Shown one piece after another: positions 1-9,300 of a stretch of 35,263 nt of DNA. The position numbers were made by a program, and so were the translations under genes. The stretch comes from Mariprofundaceae bacterium (GTDB taxonomy: Bacteria > Pseudomonadota > Zetaproteobacteria > Mariprofundales > Mariprofundaceae). The notes under the pieces are model-generated. The model worked only from the letters and a program-made list of their open reading frames with translations, did no database searches and was not told the origin of the DNA. The number at the start of each line of letters is the position of its first letter. The stretch's first letter is position 1. The DNA is taken from the NCBI GenBank assembly GCA_027035825.1, contig JALVTX010000144.1, positions 1-35,263 of the forward strand. Direction: 5' to 3'.

Positions 1-129
1 CACTGGGCCGAGCTGCCGCACGAGCTGCTGGCGCGCGTGGCGGGCCGCATCATCAACGAGGTGCGCGGCATCAACCGCGTGGTGTACGACATCTCCGGCA
101 AGCCGCCGGCGACCATCGAGTGGGAGTGA
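1..129 (+). CDS. guaA: GMP synthase, C-terminal end (partial)
   Basis: Frame 1 reads [42 protein letters not shown], the canonical GuaA C-terminus (KPPATIEWE). Stop TGA at 127-129. Confidence 0.96.
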   Translation, partial: HWAELPHELLARVAGRIINEVRGINRVVYDISGKPPATIEWE

Positions 130-156
130 GTCCCGCCAATCCAGAGGAGAGGAAAC

Positions 157-867
157 ATGAAACGATTGCTGACATGCGCGGCCCTGGCGGCCGCTTTCGC
201 GGCCTGTTCGGCCGGGGGGAGCGGTCAGGCCACGGCCGCCGACGTGAAGCTGGACAACGACGAGGCGAAGCTCAGCTACGCCATAGGCATGGACGTGGGC
301 CAGTCGCTGGCGCACGCGGGCGCGAAGGTTGACCTGGACGCCTTCAATGCAGGCGTGGCGGCCATGGTGAAGGGCGAGAAGCCGAAACTCTCGGCCAAGG
401 AGGCGGCGGCGGCCAAGCAGGCCTTCTTCGCCAAGCAGCGCGAGAAGGCGATGAACGAGCGAAAGGAGCTGGGCATGAAGAACAAGCGCGAGGGCGAGAA
501 GTTCCTGGCCGAGAACGCGAAGAAGGCGGGCGTGAAGACCACGGCCAGCGGCCTGCAATACATGGTGCTGAAGATGGGCGACGGCCCCCGCCCCAAGGCC
601 ACCGATCGCGTGAAGGTGAATTACGAGGGTCGGCTGATTGACGGCACGGTGTTTGATTCCTCCTACAAGCGCGGCCAGCCGGTGACCTTCCCGCTGAACC
701 GCGTCATCAGGGGCTGGACGGAGGGCTTGCAACTGATGCCGGTGGGCAGCAAGTTCCGGCTGTTCCTGCCGCCGGAGCTGGCCTATGGCGAGCGCGGTGC
801 GGGCAGCGCCATTGGCCCGAATGCGACGTTGATCTTCGACGTGGAGCTGTTGGGCATCGAACAATAG
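157..867 (+). CDS. fkpA: FKBP-type peptidyl-prolyl cis-trans isomerase (FkpA/Mip family), probable lipoprotein
   Basis: N-terminal dimerisation motif LSYAIG, then TASGLQY, VKVNYEGRLIDGTVFDSS, VIRGWTEGLQLM and IGPNATLIFDVELL. Lipobox-like FAAC and a GGAGAGG SD. Confidence 0.92.
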   Translation: MKRLLTCAALAAAFAACSAGGSGQATAADVKLDNDEAKLSYAIGMDVGQSLAHAGAKVDLDAFNAGVAAMVKGEKPKLSAKEAAAAKQAFFAKQREKAMNERKELGMKNKREGEKFLAENAKKAGVKTTASGLQYMVLKMGDGPRPKATDRVKVNYEGRLIDGTVFDSSYKRGQPVTFPLNRVIRGWTEGLQLMPVGSKFRLFLPPELAYGERGAGSAIGPNATLIFDVELLGIEQ

Positions 868-876
868 ATGCTCCCA

Positions 877-1099
877 TCGCAAAAAGTCCGTCCGTGGACT
901 TTTTGCTTGACGGGAAGCGACAATCCGGCAGGAAGCCGGATTGGACGCGCGCAGCGCGCCCGTAAGGGGGCGAGGCCAAGGATGGTCTCGCATCAAACGC
1001 GCGACTTTCGCTTCCCTCACAAATCCATCGCTTGGCTTCGCAAGCGCTGGATTTGCGCGGCCGTCCATGGCCGCGATGACGGTTTCTTGCGAAGCCGTT
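877..1099. repeat. Multi-hairpin palindromic intergenic element (MITE/REPIN-like or structured RNA)
   Basis: Stems: GCAAAAAGTCC/GGACTTTTTGC (879-906); GGGAAGCGA/TCGCTTCCC (912-920/1008-1016) enclosing further hairpins; CAAATCCA..TGGATTTG (1020-1055); CGCGGCC/GGCCGCG (1056-1075). Imperfect terminal inverted repeats at 877-892 and 1078-1092. Confidence 0.65.
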
Positions 1100-1134
1100 G
1101 GTAAACAGGCCAGATTGAGGGCGGAGGCTATGCA

Positions 1135-2502
1135 GTGTTTGATCGGCTGAGCGAAAAGCTGGGCGGCATCGCGGAGCGGCTGCGGGGCGCGGCGCGCGTT
1201 TCCGAGGCCGATCTCGACGCCACGTTGCGCGAGATGCGCATTGCGCTGTTGGAGGCGGACGTGGCCTTGCCGGTGGTGCGGCACTTGATGAGCGAGGTGC
1301 GCGAGCGGGCGCTGGGCGCGGAGGTGGCCAAGAGCCTCCAGCCCGGACAGGTCATCATCAAGATACTGCACGATGCGCTGGCCGAGGTGCTGGGCGGCGC
1401 GCGCCGCGAGCTGGACGTATCCCGCATTCCGGCCGTGGTGCTGCTGTGCGGCCTTCAGGGCGCGGGCAAGACCACGACCGCCGGCAAGCTGGCGCGGCTC
1501 CTGGCCGGGCAGGGGCGCAAGGTGGCGCTGACTAGCGTGGACGCCACCCGTCCCGCCGCGCGCGAGCAGCTCCAGGTGCTGGCCGGGCAGGTGGGCGTGC
1601 CCTACCTGCACGGCGAGGGCGGCGGCGCGGCGGCGATGGCGCGGGACGCGGTGCGCCAGGCGGGGCAAAGCGGCTGCCATGTGCTGATCCTGGACACCGC
1701 CGGCCGCCAGGTGGCGGACGAGGCGCTGATGGCCGAGATTCGCGAGGTGGCCGAGGCCGTGTCGCCCAGCGAGCGGCTGCTGGTGCTGGACTCGATGACC
1801 GGCCAGTCGGCGCTGCCCATCGCCGAGCAGTTCCATGCCGCGGTCGGGCTCACCGGCTGCATCCTGACCAAGACGGACGCCGACGTGCGCGGCGGCGCGG
1901 CGCTCTCGGTGGCGCATGTCACCGGCGTGCCGGTGCGCTACGTGGGCACGGGCGAGAAGCTGGACGCGCTGGAAACCTTCGATCCCGCGCGTTTCGCCGG
2001 CCGCATCCTCGGCCAGGGCGACGTGGTCGGCCTGGTGGAGAAGATCCAGACCAGCGTGGACAAGGCCAAGGCCGAGAAGCTGGCCCGGAAGGCCAAGAAG
2101 GGCGCCTTCGATCTGGACGATTTCGCCGACCAGCTCGGGCAGATGCAGAAGATGGGCGGCATGGGCGGGCTGCTGAAGATGCTGCCCGGCGCGAAACTGC
2201 CGCAGGAGGCGCTGGCGCAGCTGGACGACAAGCCCATCCGCCGCATGCAGGCCATCGTTTATTCGATGACGCCGAAGGAGCGGCGGTATCCGAAGATCAT
2301 CAACGGCAGCCGCAAGAAGCGGATCGCGCGCGGCGCCGGCGTCAGCGTGCAGGAGGTCAATCAACTGCTCAAGCAGTTCGCGCAGATGCAGAAGATGATG
2401 AAGAAGATGAAGGGCGGCAAGGGCCGCCGGATGCTGGCGCAGATGGCGGGGCGGCTTGGCGGCATGGGCGGCGGCATGCCGCCAGGGATGCCGGGGGCTT
2501 AG
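1135..2502 (+). CDS. ffh: Signal recognition particle protein Ffh
   Basis: ALLEADV, GLQGAGKTTTAGKLA, RPAA, DTAGR, TKxD and RGGAALS motifs. Met-rich M domain with SMTPKER and SRKKRIARGAG. GTG start after GGAGG. Confidence 0.97.
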   Translation: MFDRLSEKLGGIAERLRGAARVSEADLDATLREMRIALLEADVALPVVRHLMSEVRERALGAEVAKSLQPGQVIIKILHDALAEVLGGARRELDVSRIPAVVLLCGLQGAGKTTTAGKLARLLAGQGRKVALTSVDATRPAAREQLQVLAGQVGVPYLHGEGGGAAAMARDAVRQAGQSGCHVLILDTAGRQVADEALMAEIREVAEAVSPSERLLVLDSMTGQSALPIAEQFHAAVGLTGCILTKTDADVRGGAALSVAHVTGVPVRYVGTGEKLDALETFDPARFAGRILGQGDVVGLVEKIQTSVDKAKAEKLARKAKKGAFDLDDFADQLGQMQKMGGMGGLLKMLPGAKLPQEALAQLDDKPIRRMQAIVYSMTPKERRYPKIINGSRKKRIARGAGVSVQEVNQLLKQFAQMQKMMKKMKGGKGRRMLAQMAGRLGGMGGGMPPGMPGA

Positions 2503-2513
2503 GCTTCCGGGCC

Positions 2514-4283
2514 GTGGCGGAGACGCGCGAAGGCTCGCTGATTGAGCAGACCGGCTCGGCGCCACGTGACGAGTCGCGGGAATCGCTGGAGCTCGTCCGA
2601 CATCTGTATCTCAATGGGCCGATCCCGATTCTGGCGAACATCGTGTCATCCTCCGTGCTGGCAGCCATGGTCTGGGATGACGTGGATGCCATCATCTGGG
2701 GATATTGGCTGGGCGCGCAAGTCATGCTCGCCTCCGTGCGCATGGGGCTGGTGCTGGCGTTCAAGCGCGACGAACGGAAAAGGACGCCCTCGTGGTGGGG
2801 AGGCTGGTTCGCCGTCGGAGCATTGTGTTCTGGCTGCTTGTGGGGTTTGCTGCCGCTGTTTGCGATGCAGACCGGCTCGACGTTCAACGTCCTGTCCATC
2901 ATGCTGGTCATGTATGGGATGATCTCGGGTTCCGTGGCTTCCAACAGCGCCGTCTATCCGGCCTATCTGGGATATGCCGTGCCAGCGGGGGGCGGCCTTG
3001 TTTTCCGTTTGGCCATGGAAGGGGGAGACTACGGGTATCTTTCGGGACTCATGGCGGTGTTTCTCCTGGTGAATCTCGCTTTTGCCTGGAATCACCGTTC
3101 GCTTGTCCGGTCGGTGATCCGAAAGCGTCTGGACAATGAACGGTTGCTGAAAGTTCTGGATGAACGAAGGCGTCAGGCCGAAAAGGCCAGCCGGGACAAG
3201 TCACGATTTCTCGCATCCGTCAGTCATGATCTGCGGCAGCCGCTGCACGCGCTCGATTTGTTCCACGGAAGCCTGGCGGGTCGGTTGAGCAGCGAGGATC
3301 AACGGGAGTTGTTGGAACTGGCGCGCCGATCCAGCCGCTCCCTGGCGGAAATGCTGGGTGAGTTGATGGATGTGGCGCGGCTGGACGCCGGCAAGGTCGA
3401 GGCGCGGGTCAGGAAGCTGCGGCTTGCGCCGCTGATGCGGGAATGCGTCGAGGAGTTGCGGCCACTGGCGGTTGGCAAGGAGCTGTCACTGCATTTGCGG
3501 ATTCCACGCGGCGTGTGCGTGGAAACGGATCCCGTGCTGCTCAAGCGCATCCTGCGCAACCTTCTCGCGAATGCCATTCAGCACACGGATACAGGCGGGG
3601 TGCTGGTGGGCGCGCGACGGCGCGGGAGCACGGTGCGCATCGAGGTGCACGACACGGGGCCGGGCATTGACGAGGAAAGCCTGGGCAAGGTGTTCGACGA
3701 GTTCTATCAGGTGCACAATCCCGAGCGCGACCGCGAGAAGGGACTGGGACTGGGGCTCGCCATCGTGCGGCGGTTGGCCGGGCTGCTTGGCTGCGAGGTG
3801 GAGGCGCGCAGCCGGCTCGGAAGGGGCTCGTGTTTCGCGGTAACCATGCCCGTGTGCGAGTCCCTGATGCCTTGCGAGGAGACGGATGTTGTCGGGGACG
3901 ATGCGTCCCTTGCCGGGTTGTTCGTCGTGGTGGTGGACGACGACCGGGCGATTCTGGAGGGGATGCGACGACGGCTGCGCGACTGGGGTTGCGAGGTGCT
4001 GCTGGCCGAGGGCGGGCGGGCGCTGATGGAGGAGCTGGGCAGCCATGCCTATCTCCAACCGGATTGGGTGATTTGCGATTACCGGCTGCGGGACGGCGAG
4101 ACGGGCCTGGATGTCGTGGCCGCCGTCCGGCGGCATTTCGGAGCTTCGTTGCCGGCCGCGATTGTCAGCGGCGACGTGCATCCAGATGTGCGGCGCGCCG
4201 CCGAGGCGGCCGGTTGCGTGTTCGTCGAGAAGCCGGTGGAAGAAGGAAGGTTGCGCGGCTTGCTGGCGTCCGCCGGCGATTGA
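2514..4283 (+). CDS. Membrane-bound hybrid sensor histidine kinase (multi-TM, HisKA, HATPase_c, receiver)
   Basis: About 5-6 hydrophobic segments. H-box FLASVSHDLRQPL, N-box NLLANAIQHT, G-boxes DTGPGI and GLGLGLAIV. C-terminal receiver VVDDD...CDYRL...SGD...EKP. Confidence 0.92.
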   Translation: MAETREGSLIEQTGSAPRDESRESLELVRHLYLNGPIPILANIVSSSVLAAMVWDDVDAIIWGYWLGAQVMLASVRMGLVLAFKRDERKRTPSWWGGWFAVGALCSGCLWGLLPLFAMQTGSTFNVLSIMLVMYGMISGSVASNSAVYPAYLGYAVPAGGGLVFRLAMEGGDYGYLSGLMAVFLLVNLAFAWNHRSLVRSVIRKRLDNERLLKVLDERRRQAEKASRDKSRFLASVSHDLRQPLHALDLFHGSLAGRLSSEDQRELLELARRSSRSLAEMLGELMDVARLDAGKVEARVRKLRLAPLMRECVEELRPLAVGKELSLHLRIPRGVCVETDPVLLKRILRNLLANAIQHTDTGGVLVGARRRGSTVRIEVHDTGPGIDEESLGKVFDEFYQVHNPERDREKGLGLGLAIVRRLAGLLGCEVEARSRLGRGSCFAVTMPVCESLMPCEETDVVGDDASLAGLFVVVVDDDRAILEGMRRRLRDWGCEVLLAEGGRALMEELGSHAYLQPDWVICDYRLRDGETGLDVVAAVRRHFGASLPAAIVSGDVHPDVRRAAEAAGCVFVEKPVEEGRLRGLLASAGD

Positions 4284-4284
4284 G

Positions 4285-4881
4285 TCAGCTGTTCAGCCCC
4301 AGGATTTCGCGCGCGCGAATGGCGGCCTGAACGCGGTTGTCCACGTTCAGAATATCGAGAATGCTCTTGACGTATTGCTTGACGGTCCCCTCGGTGTGGC
4401 CCGTTTTCTCCGCGATCTCGCGATTGGACAGCCCCTCGGCCAGCAGGCGCAGGATACGTAGCTGGCTCGGCGTGAAATCGTGGGGCGAGGCGCTGGCATC
4501 CTTGGGAAACGCATGCTGGCCTTGCAAGATGCGGTCAATGGCCCGGAGAATGGCGTTCGCGTTGGCGGACTTCGGAACGAACCCGTTGGCGCCCGCATCC
4601 CTGAGCGAGCGCGCCACGTATGGGTCATCGCTCGCCGATACCACAAGGAGGGGAATCTCGGGCCAGGAAGCCCGAATACTGCGGATGGCGGGCAACGGCT
4701 CCTCGCCGGGCATGCGGAAATCCAGGACAAGAATGTCGGGGTGGAGCCCTTCCGCAAGGCGCTTGCGCACTTCGGCATGGGAGGATGCGATATCCACTCG
4801 ACAACCCGGCCTTTCGGTTTGCAGCAGGTTGCTCATGCCTTCCCGAAACAGCGCGTGGTCATCCGCCCAAAGTATATGCAT
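4285..4881 (-). CDS. NarL/LuxR-family DNA-binding response regulator
   Basis: MHILWADDHALFREG...LDFRMPG...VVSA...FVPKS receiver plus LuxR HTH (TPSQLRILRLLAEGLSNREIA...TVKQYVKSIL). Start placed at ATG 4881 (AAGGGA 8 nt upstream); 4890 is an alternative. The longer ORF to 6123 is a shadow of tolC. Confidence 0.92.
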   Translation of the reverse strand: MHILWADDHALFREGMSNLLQTERPGCRVDIASSHAEVRKRLAEGLHPDILVLDFRMPGEEPLPAIRSIRASWPEIPLLVVSASDDPYVARSLRDAGANGFVPKSANANAILRAIDRILQGQHAFPKDASASPHDFTPSQLRILRLLAEGLSNREIAEKTGHTEGTVKQYVKSILDILNVDNRVQAAIRAREILGLNS

Positions 4882-4998
4882 GCGTTCCATCCCTTGACGA
4901 ATCCGAGGTGTGCTCAAGGCCGCCAGTCGGCGCTGCCCCGTCAATCTACTAACGAAAGTGAATAGTGCAACGTCGCGACCGCCTCCATAATAGCCGGT

Positions 4999-6351
4999 GT
5001 GAACTGGTGGGTGAGGAATACATTGGCATTGATGTCTGGCGCTTTCTGCCTGTGCGGCAGTTCCGGCGCCCTTGCGATGGGCGTGGAAGACGCCTTTCGG
5101 GCGGCCATGGATGGGGATCCGGGATTTCAGTCTTCCGAGGCAGCCATCGAGGTGGCCGAGGCGGGCAAGGCCAAGGCTTGGTCCCGTCTGCTGCCCGATG
5201 CGCGCGTGGAAGGGCGATTCGACCGCGTTGACCAGAATATTATCAGTTCGGACAACACGGTTTATGCGCTTGGCCATTCTCGCTACAACAAGGCATCGGC
5301 GGTGGGGCGGCTGATTCAGCCCGTGTTTCACTGGGATGCCATCAAGGGCATTGGCAAGGCCGCGCTGGTCGAGGAAAAGGTCCGCATTGAACGTCTGGAC
5401 GCCCGGTCGGACTTGGCCCTGCGCGTGGTGACGGCATATCTGGACGTGCTGTTTGCCGAGGATGACCTGGAACGGGCTCGTCGTGAGCGCGAGGCTGTCC
5501 GGGCGGAGCGGAATCGCATCGAGGCCCGCCATGCGTCCGGCCAGGCGTCTCGTGTGGAGCTGGAAGATGCGCGGGCGCGCGGCGAAATGGTGGAGGCGCT
5601 CCTGGTGCAGGCGCGGGATGCGCTTCAAGTGCGACGGGCGAACCTTGAGATGCTCGTTGGAACGCATGTGGACGAGTTGGAGCGGATGACCGACGAGGTG
5701 CAAATGTTGCGCGTGGATCCAATGGATGCCAAGGCATGGGTGGAGCGGGCTCTGAGCGGCAATCTCAAGGTCAGGGCTGCGATGCTTGGCGTGGAGATTG
5801 CCCGACGGGAAGTGGCCATCCAGCAAGCCGGCCACTTCCCGGTTCTGGACGCGGAGGCATCCTACGATTACCAGAAGACGACGGGATCGGTCTTCGGCGG
5901 CGGGAGCCGGGTTGGCACGATGGATTTGGCTCTGGTGCTCAAGGTGCCGCTGATATCCGGCGGGCGGGTGTTGGCGTCGACGCGGGAGGCGCGGGCTCGT
6001 CTTCGTCAGGCGGAATTGAGGCTGGAGCAGGCGCGCAGGCAGGCACGGAGGGATGTCCGGGATGCATTCGCGGGCGTTGTCAACGGTTTGGCCAAGCTGC
6101 GCGCGCTGAAGCGATCGGTGCAAGCTCAGGAGTTGTCGCTAAGGGTTCGGGAAAGGGGCGTGCGAGCCGGCCTGAATACGAGCGTGAAGGTTCTGGATGC
6201 ACGGCGGGACTTGTTCATTGTTCGGCGCGATTACGCCAGGGCGCGTTATGAGTACGTGAAACATTATCTTCGTCTGAAGCGGGCGGCGGGAGAACTTGAG
6301 GACAAGGACCTCAAGGCCGTGGACGGTTTGTTGCGGGGAGATGAATCATGA
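4999..6351 (+). CDS. TolC-family outer membrane channel (type I secretion type)
   Basis: Signal peptide, two OEP-like halves (LIQPVF...; AGHFPVLDAEASY...LKVPLISGG) and C-terminal GLNTSVKVLDARRDLF...ARYEY...LKRAAGEL, typical of TolC. ATGA overlap with the next gene. Confidence 0.92.
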   Translation: MNWWVRNTLALMSGAFCLCGSSGALAMGVEDAFRAAMDGDPGFQSSEAAIEVAEAGKAKAWSRLLPDARVEGRFDRVDQNIISSDNTVYALGHSRYNKASAVGRLIQPVFHWDAIKGIGKAALVEEKVRIERLDARSDLALRVVTAYLDVLFAEDDLERARREREAVRAERNRIEARHASGQASRVELEDARARGEMVEALLVQARDALQVRRANLEMLVGTHVDELERMTDEVQMLRVDPMDAKAWVERALSGNLKVRAAMLGVEIARREVAIQQAGHFPVLDAEASYDYQKTTGSVFGGGSRVGTMDLALVLKVPLISGGRVLASTREARARLRQAELRLEQARRQARRDVRDAFAGVVNGLAKLRALKRSVQAQELSLRVRERGVRAGLNTSVKVLDARRDLFIVRRDYARARYEYVKHYLRLKRAAGELEDKDLKAVDGLLRGDES

Positions 6352-9300
6352 GGAGTTCGGTGTTTGCGCGGGTGGTCGAGGCCGTGAGACGGCGGTCGCG
6401 TCGCGGTCTGGCCGGGCGTCATGTTCGACTGGTGTTTGAGCCGCTGGAGGAGCGCCTTCTGCTGTCGGCGGATTTCGCGCCCCCGCCGCCGGATGCGCAG
6501 GGGCTCCGCGCCGCCCAGTGGGCGGCGTCGGTGGATGCCGCGCTTGGCGCGGGGCATCGGGATGCGGCGGTCGCGACGATGGCGCCGATGCATGAGGCGC
6601 TGACGAAGGTGCGGGAGAGTCGTGAAATTGTTTTCGTGGATCCGTCGGTGCGCGATTATCAGTCCCTTCTAAGCGGTTTAAGGCATGACGACAATGGCGC
6701 CCGGACGCTGGAAGTGGTGGTGCTGGATGCGGGCGCCGACGGCGTGGATCAGGTTTCACGGGTCTTGGCGGGCGCGCGGGGGCTTTCCGCCATTCATATC
6801 CTGTCGCATGGCGCCAGCGGCGCCGTGAAGCTGGGCGACTCCGCGCTCTCCTCGGCGAGCCTGGACGCGTACGCCCAGGCTGTGCGCGGCTGGGGCGAGG
6901 CGTTGAAGCCTGGCGGGGATATCCTGCTTTATGGGTGCAATGTGGCCTCGGGCCAGTCCGGCATCGCGTTCGTCAATCGCCTGGCGCATCTCAGCGGAGC
7001 GGACGTGGCGGCGTCCGATGACGTGACGGGCGGTCGAGGCTACGGCGACTGGAATCTGGAATATGCAACGGGCCGGATTGACGCGGCGCAGGCGTTCTCG
7101 GCGGCCGCGGAGGCTGGTTACGCGAATGCGTTGGGCTATGCCGTCAATCCGCCCGCAGGCACCGCTGTGGCCGCCAATCAGCAGGATGTATTCAAGTTTG
7201 ATGCAAACGGACTGTTGACGGCAGCCGGCGCGCCCATTGCCGGGCCGATCGATGGCCTGGGCGGGGCACCGGGCGCGCCCGACGTGCTGGATTTCAGCGC
7301 GTATGCGGGCAATCTGACCTTTACGATTCAGGGGGTGCCGGCCGGCGGCGCGGGGCCGGCGAGCGTAATCATTGCCGATGCGGCGGGGAACACGCTCACG
7401 GCCAACAACTTCGGCAAGATTATCGGCGGTTTGGGCAACGACACCTATGTATTCAATTCCGGCTGGGGCAATATCGTCATTCAGGACGCCGCGGGCGCCA
7501 ACAAGGCGGATTTTGCCGCAGTGGCAAGTCAGCTGACATCCACTGTGGGCGCGGGCACATTTACGCTGGCGGACGCCGCAGCACCGGCCAACACCGCGAC
7601 GCTGGATTCAGGCTTTGGGCTTAATCTTGATCTGACAGCCTACAAGACACAGATCAACAGCTACCTCGCCCAGCTTCAGAGTTTCGGTTCAACACTCGAC
7701 ACATTCGGCCAGTTCGCCAACGTCCTGCCCGGCATCAATCAATCATTGGGCACGGTGCTGAATGCGGCGGACATGCTGAAGCGGTTCCAGAATGATGTTT
7801 CCAATTATCTGGCCGCTCCTGGAACACCCAGCGGCAAACCGACCAGCGACGGGCTGGCCGCATTGTTGAACGGTCTGGCCGTGAATGCCACGCCCAACGG
7901 CCAGGGAACGATCTCGGGCGGCTACGGCCCGGTGGCATCCACGGTGAAGGTCGCGCCGGGCGGCGTGGAATTGGGATTTAATCTTGATTTCAATGTGACG
8001 CGCACGGCCAACTGGGCGGTGGATTTGGGTTCGAATGCCGCATTGCAGGGGATCAAGCTTCCCACGGTCAATGTGTCGGTGGGGGCCACATTCGATTTGA
8101 ATGCCATGCTGGGCATCCAGCTCAAGGCGACGCCGGCCGTATTCCTGGACGTGAACAATCTGAGCGGCAGCGCCAGCGTCAACGCGACCCTGAACGGATT
8201 CACGGTGGATTTCGGCTTTCTGACGGCTACCGCCAATGCCGGCGCATTCAATCTGTCGGCGGCGCTTCAGGCCGTTTTCAACGATCCCGCGGGCGATGGC
8301 GTCAACCGGCTGAGCCTGACCGAGCTGACCAATGCCGCGACGGCGCCTTCCTCGCTGATCGCCAGCTTCAATGCGCGCGGCGTAACCGTCACTGGCGCGG
8401 CGGACGCGGCGGGGACATCGCCCTCGTTCTCGTTCACCTTGCCGGTGACGGTGACGGGCGTGACGGGCGTTACAGGCGGAACGATTATCGCAACGCAAGC
8501 CAGCGTATTCAGCGGAAACGATCCGTCCGTATCCGTCACCAATGGCCTGACCGACTTCGGCAATATCGGCGCGGCGGACATGCTGGGCATGTTGCGGCAA
8601 CTGGATGGATGGCTGGCGCAGCTTTCCGGAACGTCCATCCTCAACCAGAAAGTGCCGATGACGCAAAACATCACGTTGGGCGATGTGCTGAACTTCGGCG
8701 TGGCGTTCAAGACCGATGTGGTGGACAAGCTCATCAAGCGGGACGCGCAGGGCAATCCGATTCTGGATGCCCAAGGCAACCAGCAGTTGACCTTTTCCAG
8801 CGCGCAGACATTGGCAAGCCGTTTGGGCAGCCTGCTTGGCGCCACGGTGACGGCCAATGTCATCGCCGCCACTGCGACGACGCCGAGGGAACTGCGCTAC
8901 CGGCTGAATTGGAGCCATGCCTTTGTGAACAGCAGCGTGCCGGCCAATTTCCAGTTGGACCTCGGCTCGCTGGCCGGCATTCAGTCCACGAGCAGCATTC
9001 CCATCACGGCGAACGCCACGCTGGGGTTTGATTTCGGCATTGCGCTGAATCCGAGCCGGACGCTGACCATCGCGCCGCCGAACTTTGTGCCCAATGCCAA
9101 TGTGGTTCCAGCCAACGGCCAGCTATCCGCGTCCGCCACATTCAACGTGACGCTGTTTGAAACCACGACAAAGACCGATGCCAATGGCGTGGTGACCAGC
9201 ACAACGCATGCGATGCCGCTGGTGAAGACCGTGACCGTGAACGCGGCGGATACGAACGGGACAACCGCCGGAACAACGGCCAATGCTTCCCCGCAAGATC

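Noticed and set aside
100..160. guaA 3' end as an island integration site
   Set aside because: guaA is a known integration hotspot, but it is followed by housekeeping fkpA. No integrase and no duplicate of the guaA end were seen in the window.
868..1134. SRP (4.5S) RNA or tRNA upstream of ffh; short ORFs 868-1104 and 941-1150
   Set aside because: CCGGCAGGAAGCCGG only superficially resembles SRP helix 8; the conserved CAGG...GNRA...AGCAG internal loop is absent. No tRNA T-loop (GTTCRA) or cloverleaf. The ORFs have no recognisable motifs and overlie a palindromic element.
4891..6123. 612-aa version of the response regulator ORF
   Set aside because: The extra ~410 aa is the antisense shadow of tolC; regulator homology begins at MHILWADDH.
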